Source: Eledone cirrhosa (taxonomy: Eukaryota). From it: 64,000 bases of DNA. Below the pieces are notes generated by a model. The model searched no databases, had not been told where the DNA came from, and saw only the letters and a list, made by a program, of their open reading frames with translations. Each line of letters opens with the position of its first letter. The first letter of the stretch is position 1. Made by a program: the position numbers and the translations under genes. Shown in pieces: positions 56,067 to 64,000 of this stretch. The DNA lies in contig OZ024761.1 in the NCBI GenBank assembly GCA_964016885.1, positions 30,194,001 to 30,258,000 of the forward strand. Direction: 5' to 3'.

Positions 56067-56233
56067 GGAAAATAGTCAGGATACCGACGGCTGAGCACCG
56101 GCCGGACAGTAGAAACGGCCGGAGCTCAGCCGTCGGCGTCCTGACTCTTTTCCTTTTACCCACTCTACTACCCTAAGTATTGAGTACACTGCTCGTTATG
56201 GTCCACCTGGTATCGTACCACACCCTTTTTGTT
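56067..56233. mobile_element. PLE-like short insertion: ~38-bp-arm hairpin (56067-56153) plus 80-bp tail, in (TA)n
   Basis: Same family as 991, 12047 and 16185; tail has TATTGAGTAC. Confidence 0.6.
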
Positions 56234-56319
56234 ATATATATATATATATATGCGTGTGTGTGTACGTGCGTGCATGAGAGAGACTGTATTTGTGTGTGTG
56301 TGTGAGAGAGAGAGAATCC

Positions 56320-56355
<36 letters not shown>

Positions 56356-56732
56356 GTCTATATTTGTGTATGTATGTGTGTGAGAGAGAGAGAATCTGTA
56401 TTTGTGTATGTATGTGTGCTTCTCTATATGTGTGTGCCTCAGTAATGCTCCATGCCATAAAATATGATTATGAGGGTAATATAAATCTCTGCCAACAATA
56501 TCCCAAGTAAGGTTAGAAGTGTGACGTTTGGTAGAGTCATAAAAACTACTTTGATAGCCGTCTTCAAGACTAACAGTACAGTATGTAGTATATGGAGTAT
56601 TTGGTCTTTGTTGTTGTTGTGATGATAGTGGTGGCGGCGATGGTGACGATGCTCACATTCTTTCTTTTGTTGTTGTTGTCTTTTTTGTTGCTGCTGCTGT
56701 TGTTTTTAATACATACATACATACACACAATT

Positions 56733-56955
56733 ATGGCTGCAAACTCTGCTAAAAGTATTGCAATCGCTTGTCAGATTACAGAAAATTGTGCACTTTTAGG
56801 CTACAGCCAGCCACACGAACCTGTAACAGATCCTGAATAAGTAATGCCTGTGCTTTGAAGGTTTTTTAAGTGAGGAAAGGCCTTGCACTCGACCAATCCC
56901 ACTCTCTCAGCATCGAAAACACTACCCGAAAAGGAGAACTGGTCAACATCAACGG
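56733..56955 (-). mobile_element. RTE-derived short element, family B
   Basis: Homologous to 18518 and 26540. Confidence 0.72.
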
Positions 56956-56979
56956 ATACATACATGCATACATACATAC

Positions 56980-57412
56980 ATGGTGGCTGCCAACTCGTTT
57001 TCGAGTACGGCCACTACTTTATATCCATGTAGGAGAACCCCTAGCGATGCGCTGAACGAGTGTGACTTTTTAGTCCAGCCAGCGACTTGAAAAATCTGGT
57101 ACAAACACTACACTTGTGACAATTATTGACACAATGCTGGGCCCTTGGTATCCTGTGACGACAAGTGCAGAGAGATCTCCAGATATAAAGCAATTCATGT
57201 GCCGTGAAGCTTTTATAGTGAGCAAAGGCACTGCACAAAGCCAGTCCCACTCTCTTGACCAAGATGATATTTACCAAAAAGAAGAACAAGTCAACATCAT
57301 TGGATACCATCAGGGTTGCAGGTGTTATATCAGTTTTCCTTCTCCTAGAATTCTGCCTCGACAAAGGCTAAGGGGCCATCTCGCCCGGTGATTTTGGATG
57401 GCCATTGACTCT
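56980..57412 (-). mobile_element. RTE-derived short bipartite element, family A, full length
   Basis: Close copy of 29061-29484, starting AGAGTCAATGGCCATCC. Confidence 0.78.
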
Positions 57413-57437
57413 TAAGATACATACATACATACATACA

Positions 57438-57697
57438 GCTTCATACCCATCATATCATTATTGGTGTTACAGATTATATACCAACCCGCTTGGACCAAAG
57501 TATAACTGAACTTGAATTTGTGGAGAAAGAGCGCAACTCCCTAATTCATAGAGTACAAATGGCTGCGATAACTGGCACCTTCAACATTTTCAAAACATTC
57601 TTGCGATTCAAGGGATGACAATTTCTTTCCTTTTACAACCTTGCCACCAGGAAGGTGGCCGGTCAAAAATGTACTCAAAATTAAGAGAAATAGAAAC
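57438..57697 (+). mobile_element. R4/Dong-like LINE extreme 3' end
   Basis: IIIGVTDYIPTRLDQSITELEF...LIHRVQMAAITGTFNIFKTFLRFKG*. Confidence 0.6.
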
Positions 57698-57705
57698 ACA
57701 CATAC

Positions 57706-57945
57706 ATGATGGCTTCCCCATCGTTATCGAGTATGGCCATTGCATTATTAATAATTATTAATTAATTAATTCTATCATGTAATGCCTGTGCGTGAAGATT
57801 TCTTTTAAAATGAGGAAAGACTGTGCACTGAGCCAATCCCACTCTCTGAGCGACAAGAAAAGATCAACATCATCGGTTTCCTGAGTTGCCTTCTCCTAGA
57901 AGAATGCCCTGACAAAGGCTAGGGGTCCTTCACACCCAGTGGTTT
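57706..57945 (-). mobile_element. RTE-derived short element, variant C
   Basis: Shares TCTAGGAGAAGG and GAGAGTGGGA 5' motifs and the GCAATGGCCATACTCGATAACG 3' end. Confidence 0.6.
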
Positions 57946-58433
57946 AACCGCGCGATCGGGTATCCAGCCCGATTATTTCTGTCCCCGCGCATATACATAC
58001 ACATGCATACATGTATATACATATACACATATATACATATATATCTACACATACATACATATATAGGAAATTACAAGTACAATTCATTAATGGAACAATA
58101 AAAATATGTAAAATATTCCAAAAATTCTGCATCTAATAACTGCATATACACTTGTGCATATGCTTTGTATCTGTACATGTACACATACAACTCAAAACAT
58201 ATACATCCACACATACAATAACATCCATACCTGCACATATGCATGCATGCAGACATGCATATATATCTACCTAGTTGATGTTGTGTAAATTCCAATGAGG
58301 GAGTCTTGTATCTATCTAAGAAACCGACTCTCTCTCTCTCTACTGGCAAACATTTGTGAAATCATAAAACCAGAAGAACATACATATGTACTTTGTGTAT
58401 TATTGAGCTCCCCTTTTGTTTTCATTTATCACG

Positions 58434-58665
58434 TAATTGTTGTGACGTAAGTCTGTTCTTTTATTGATATCGTAGCTCTGAATATTTTATTAATTCTCTG
58501 ATCACACAAGAGTGGGACTAAGGGTTAATACCAAATTCCTCGAGCCAATTCTCCGATTATAATAAATAATATATTGATAATGAAGCTCAGACAAGATTCT
58601 ACACCATTTATGTTTCTTCTTTATATTTCTCCGTTCGTTTCTGTAGAAACACGTGCTAGAGGAAT
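58434..58665 (+). mobile_element. Homologue of 25651-25884 with long-stem-II hammerhead-like motif (mutated)
   Basis: CTGATCA (58498)...GAAA (58646)-CACGTG. Confidence 0.5.
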
Positions 58666-58767
58666 AGCATGACTTAGCTTTTAATCTTGGCTATTCGTCT
58701 ATTGTTACCTGAGCTATCTCTACCTTCATACGACTCGACTGATTCGTTTACTCGGAATTTATCTCCT

Positions 58768-59058
58768 AATAATGGTTTCTTATATAGGCACAAGGCCAGC
58801 AATTTGGAGCGAGGGGGAAGTCAATTAAATCGACCCCAGTGTGTGACTGGTACTTTATTTTATCGACCCCGTAATAATAATAATTGTTTTTACTTTTGGC
58901 ACAAGGCCAGCAATTATCCAGTACATTACTGGTACTTTATTTTATCGATCGCGTAAGGATGAAAGGCAATGTTAACTTCGGTGGGATTTAAACTGAGACC
59001 ATAAAGGGCCGTAACTATTTGCTGCAAAGCATGGCGTCAGACACTCTACCGATACTGC
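58768..59058 (-). mobile_element. Two adjacent SINE family 1 copies (partial long variant plus near-full copy)
   Basis: Two GGCACAAGGCCAGCAATT 3' ends. Confidence 0.88.
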
Positions 59059-59081
59059 ACACACACACACACACGCACGTG

Positions 59082-59226
59082 TGTGGAAGCACGTGGCCTA
59101 GTGGTAAGAGTGTTGGACTTACGATCATAATGTCGTGGGTTCGATTCCTCTGTTGCCTGTTGTGTTCTTGAGAAAAAACACTTCATTCTCACGTTGCTCC
59201 AGTATACTCAGCTGAAAATTAGTATC
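59082..59226 (+). mobile_element. SINE family 2 copy
   Basis: TGGCCTAGTGG A-box, GGTTCGATTCC B-box, TGTGTTCTTGAG domain. Confidence 0.75.
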
Positions 59227-59229
59227 TTT

Positions 59230-59375
59230 CTATTTTACCTTTTATTGCTAACTCTATCTTCTAATGAAGGACTAATGTCCGAAACGTTAAGACTCTTTAC
59301 CTGATATTTCAAGCGTTAAACTAATATATTTCTTCAATGTACTGTGCCGTTCGCTTTGTTATTTCTGTTTACTTT
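59230..59375 (+). mobile_element. PLE-like pLTR fragment with mutated hammerhead core
   Basis: tctt-CTAATGA-AGGAC-taat-GTCC-GAAA-cg-TT-aaga; homologue at 18900-19040. Confidence 0.5.
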
Positions 59376-59747
59376 TACATACAGATATACACACATCATC
59401 ATCATTCATTCAGCCCCGTCACTCTCTGTAGAGCATAGGCCATTGACGGCCCTTCACCTTCATACAGGATCCTTGGACGCTCTCGGCACTCCTCTTCAGT
59501 TGACTTCCAATTTTCTTCATTCAGCCTCACTGTCACGCCTCTAGCTGCTGCGGGGCTGGCCTCTCTTCCTCGTTCCCTGCGGGTTCCAATTCGGAGCTTG
59601 GCGTGTGGTGTTGGACACTGGTTTCCTGAGGATATGTCCAATCCTGCTTCACTTCCTCCACAGAATCTGCTTTGCAACTGGCTCCTGTCCCGCTCGCTTC
59701 CACAGATTCTCTTTTCTGATCTCCTCCGGCTATTTGATGCTGTAGAT

Positions 59748-60225
59748 CAGAGGCGTGCAACAGGCGGCCCGCGGACGAAAATCCGGCTCTCCAGACCAGT
59801 CAGAGTGGCTCGCGACGACCCCGTTTTAAATGTTTACCTTGTAGGCTTATTTAGAATTTTTTTCATAACCGTATTACAATTTTCTGTTAATTGACCTATA
59901 CTAAAGGGCTTCACTGATAGGGTTATGTGTGTTATAATTTCCCAGTTCCATGTTATGGAAGGAAGTTGTGGTGAATCTTTGGAATAGTGCTTAATAAATA
60001 TTAATTGTTTCTACTTTAGGCACAAGGCCAGCAATTACCCAGTGCATTACTGGTACTTTATTTTATCGACCCCGTAAAGAGATGTAACTATGCTGGAAAG
60101 CATGACGTCCGACCCTCTACCGATACTGCCAATCCACCGCCCAGTGCTTAATAAATATTAATGGCCCTAATAGTTGTTCCAATGTTCAAAAATGGCCTGC
60201 CAATAGAATATGTCGTACACCCTTG
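59748..60225. mobile_element. Non-autonomous hAT (Charlie-like) DNA transposon
   Basis: Imperfect TIRs CAGAGGCGTGCAAC / GTCGTACACCCTTG; 8-bp TSD (c/t)tgtagat; subterminal GCGGCCCGCGG. Confidence 0.75.
60006..60142 (-). mobile_element. SINE family 1 with internal deletion, 20-bp TSD
   Basis: agtgcttaataaatattaat at 59986-60005 and 60143-60162. Confidence 0.92.
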
Positions 60226-60644
60226 TTGTAGATGTGCCTCAGACAGGTGTTGAAGAATGTCTGGATCTTCTACTGCATCTTCTTTGTTGTCCTCCGAGTT
60301 TCCCATTTGTATAGCAGTACCGACTTCGTGTTGGAATTGAAGATGTGCAGTTTAGTTCTTGAGCAGATCTCTTTTGATGCCCAAGCGTTCATTAACATGA
60401 TGCAAGTTTGCTCTTGCCTTGACAATCCTGGCTGTGAAGTCTCGGTTGGTTCCTCCATGTCGATCATAACACTTCTCAGGAAGACAAATGACTCCAACTA
60501 TCTGATCGGCTCCACACCGATTGTGGCTGGTGTGTTGGCAGTGGTGTTGATCATCAGCTCGGTTTCCTTCGTGTTTATCTTGAGCCCTGTGCCGGATGAT
60601 GTCGTCGCCAAGCGCGACGTCTTATATATCAAAAGGTTAAATAA

Positions 60645-60696
<52 letters not shown>

Positions 60697-60747
60697 TGTC
60701 ACATTCGCACACGCGCACACACGCATGCACGCATGCACACGCACACA

Positions 60748-60780
<33 letters not shown>

Positions 60781-60825
60781 TGATTAAATCTTAACCATTT
60801 AACATCTCAGGGTATGTCATGTATC

Positions 60826-60888
60826 ATTATATTTTGTCTGATGAGGAGGTACTGTTGTACATCCGAAATATGTATAACAAAATGTAAT
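60826..60888 (+). ncRNA. Apparently intact minimal type I hammerhead ribozyme
   Basis: 12-bp stem I attatattttgt/acaaaatgtaat; CTGATGA; stem II ggaggtac-tgtt-gtacatcc; GAAA; self-complementary stem III ATATGTAT; AUA triplet. Confidence 0.75.
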
Positions 60889-61023
60889 TGATCAAAAGAA
60901 CATCTATTTTATTAATACTTATATTTTAATATTAATAACTCCTGAAAATTATAATACGTTGAGTGCTTCCAATCTACTGTAAAACTCATTCTTTGACATA
61001 ATCATCGAATATTGTTTAACAAC

Positions 61024-61072
<49 letters not shown>

Positions 61073-61141
61073 TGTATAATGGTAGAAATACTTTAAGCTT
61101 GATACTTTGTTGGCATGATTTTCATTACCTGAAAATTTTAC

Positions 61142-61189
<48 letters not shown>

Positions 61190-61819
61190 AGACATACGAA
61201 TATATATATATATACATATATATATACATATATATATATATACATATATATACATATATATATATATACATATATATACATAGATATATATATATACATA
61301 TATATATATACATATATATATATACATATATATATACATACATATATATATACATATATATATACATATATATATATACATATATATATATACACATATA
61401 CATATATATATATATATATATATATGCATATATATATACATATATACATATATATATACATACATACATACATACATATATGTATATACATGTGTGTGTG
61501 TGTGTCTGTATGTGAGTGTGCTTAATGAGTACGAATTTAATTGATTCATTTGCTCTCCAATATTACTTGAGATAAGAACAGCTGCTTGTTTTTACTTACA
61601 CCACTCACACAGATACACACACACACACATATATATATACATACACACACTAATATATATATACACACACGTGTATATATATATATATATGTGTGTCTGT
61701 GAATATATATATGTATATATATATATTACACCACCACCGCCGCCACCACCATCATCCAATAACATTGATCTCTGGATTATTGTATTGGAAATCTACTTCC
61801 AATAGATTGATTATCTTGT

Positions 61820-62285
61820 GAGGTGGTGGGTTGTGTTGGTGGTTGTGGTGGTGTTGGTGGTGGTAATAGCGGAGTAGTGGTGGTGGTGGTGCTAGTGGTG
61901 GTGGTAGCTGGTGTCCGTACTTGGCTTTGGTGGTAATGGCGGTGGGGGTTGGTGTTGGCGGTGGTGGTAATAGCAGCGTGTTGGTGAGGGGTGGGGAGTG
62001 ATAACGGTGGATTGGTGGTGCTGGTGTTGGTGGTGGTAATAGCGGTGTGGTGGTGGTGGTGGTGGTGTTGGTGGTGTGTCGAGGTACTGCTGCTACTGCA
62101 GGGGTGGATGACGCTGGGTAGTCGCGGGGTGTGGTGGTGGTGGTGGTGGTAGTCGATGAGGTGGTAATGGCGGAGGGCGAGAGGTGGTGATACTGCAGCT
62201 GCTACTGTGGTGGTGGTGCTGCAGCTACTGCTACCGGTGGTGCTTTTGGTAGTGATAATGGTTGCGGTGGTGGTGTTGGTGGCTG
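61820..62285. repeat. Degenerate (TGG)n array
   Basis: Direct reading. Confidence 0.88.
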
Positions 62286-62306
62286 ATATTGTTATTACAG
62301 CCACTA

Positions 62307-62903
62307 GGGCGGTGGATTGGCAGTATCGGTAGAGGGTTGAACGCCATGCTTTCTAGCATAGTTACGTCCCTTTACGGTCTGAGTTCAAATCCCGTCGAGG
62401 TTAACATTGCCTTTCATTCTTACGAGGGTCGATAAAACAAAGTACCAGTAATGTACTGGGATAATTGCTGGCCTTGTGCCAAAAGTAGAAACATTTATTA
62501 CAGCTAGTGCTGCTGTTGTCGTTGATGCGACAGAGGGTCGGACGCCATGCTTTGACGTATAGAGTTACGGCCCTTGCCATTCTGAGTTCAAATCCCGCCG
62601 AGGTTAACTTTGCCTTTCATCCTTACGAGGGTCGATAAAACAAAGTACCAGTAATGTACTGGGATAATTGCTGGCCTTGTGCCAAAAGTAGAAACATTTA
62701 TTACAGCTAGTGCTGCTGTTGTCGTTGATGCGACAGAGGGTCGGACGCCATGCTTTGACGTATAGAGTTACGGCCCTTGCCATTCTGAGTTCAAATCCCG
62801 CCGAGGTTAACTTTGCCTTTCATCCTTACGGGGTCGATAAAATAAAGTACCAGTAATGCACTGGGTAATTTGCTGGCCTTGTGCCTAACGTAGAAACAAT
62901 TAT
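62307..62903 (+). mobile_element. Three SINE family 1 copies, including a 203-bp tandem duplication
   Basis: CAGCTAGTGCTGCTGTTGTCGTTGATGCG spacer at 62501 and 62704. Confidence 0.9.
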
Positions 62904-63050
62904 TTACTTAACAAAGAAACCCTTTAAACATACCACATTGTGATTTGTGTCTTAAACTCACAAAACTACAACTTAATATTCATAATCTTCTCCTTACCCA
63001 CCAAACCAATCCTTCCCATTAAAACACTAATTCCATTATTAACGGTGCAC

Positions 63051-63272
63051 AGGGTGGTGGACTGGCAGTATCGGTAGAGCGTCGCACGCCATGCTTCGTA
63101 GCATAGAGTTACGACCCTTTCCGTTCTGAGTTCAAATCTCGCCGAGGTTAACTTTGCCTTTCATCCTTACGGGGGTCGATAAAATAAAGCACCAGTAATG
63201 CACTGGGGTCGATTTAATCGACTTCCCCCTCCCCTCCAAGTTGCTGGCCTTGTGCCTAAATCAGAAACCGTT
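63051..63272 (+). mobile_element. SINE family 1 long variant with TSD
   Basis: ttattaacggtgca on both flanks. Confidence 0.9.
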
Positions 63273-63324
63273 ATTAACGGTGCATTGCTTTAGGGCATAG
63301 GGTTATGGCCCTTTACGTTCTGAG

Positions 63325-64000
63325 TCATGTACTGGAGTCGATATAATTGATTTTTACCCCCCCCCCCCCCCCCAAAAAAAAAGATTGCTGGCCTTGTGCC
63401 TATACAAGAAGCCGTTATTATTGTAGTATGCTGAAGGCGGTGGATTGGCAGTAATAGATAGAGCGTCGGACAACATGCTCTGTGGCATAGAGTTACGGCC
63501 CTTTGCGTTCTGAATTCGAAACCCACCGAGGTTAGCTTGGCCTTTCGTCCTTTCGGGGTCGATGAAATGAAGTACCAGTAATGCACTGGGGTCGATTCAT
63601 TCGACTTTCCCCTCAAATTGCTGGCCTTGTGCCTAACGTAGAAACCATTATTAGGTGAATTGGCGGTATCGGTAGAGCGTCGGACACCATGCATCGTAGC
63701 ATAGAGTTACGTCCCTTTACGGTCTGAGTTCAAATCCCGTCGAGGTTAACTTTGCCTTTCATCCTTACGGGGTCGATAAAATAAAGTACCAGTAATGCAC
63801 TGGGGTAATTGCTGGCCTTGTGCCTAACGTAGAAACCATTATTAGGTGAATTGGCGGTATCGGTAGAGCGTCGGACACCATGCATCGTAGCATAGAGTTA
63901 CGTCCCTTTACGGTCTGAGTTCAAATCCCGTCGAGGTTAACTTTGCCTTTCATCCTTACGGGGTCGATAAAATAAAGTACCAGTAATGCACTGGGGTAAT
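63325..64000 (+). mobile_element. Head-to-tail SINE family 1 array with identical 191-bp units, running off the window
   Basis: TTAGGTGAATTGGCGGTATCGG at 63651 and 63842. Confidence 0.9.

Larger units (their letters stand above)
59400..60620 (-). mobile_element. Decayed RTE-clade LINE 3' part, interrupted by a hAT MITE
   Basis: RTKLHIFNSNTKSVLLY..KIQTFFNTCLRHIY | SIK*PE..QEPVAKQI..IGHILRKP..WNPQGTRKRGQPR; (ATG)n-like tail. Confidence 0.85.

Overview
Eukaryotic, extremely repeat-rich, AT-rich non-coding DNA. The microsatellite load and SINE families look like an octopus/cephalopod gene desert or giant intron (inference only). I find no supportable host protein-coding exon: almost all listed ORFs are read-throughs of (TA)n, (CA)n, (TGG)n and (ACT)n repeats. 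The window holds: (1) over 20 full or partial copies of one tRNA-derived SINE, several with clear 12-20 bp target-site duplications (TSDs), ending in a head-to-tail SINE array; (2) a second SINE carrying a ~95-bp tandem unit; (3) decayed LINE fragments of Tx1/L1-like (zf-RVT; CCHC ORF1), R4/Dong-like and RTE clades, plus short bipartite RTE-derived elements; (4) a SINE inside a hAT MITE inside an RTE; (5) minisatellites of 30, 37, 39, 46, 50 and 74 bp. The most interesting signal is a set of several distinct short non-coding elements, mostly sitting in (TA)n tracts. They carry minimal hammerhead-ribozyme motifs (CUGANGA...GAAA) and repeatedly show an inverted-arm-plus-tail architecture typical of Penelope-like element (PLE) pseudo-LTR insertions. 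The best motif, at 60826-60888, looks intact. A ~310-bp tandem and palindromic family may be retrozyme-like. All alignments and folds were done by eye, so boundaries are approximate and nothing was checked against databases.
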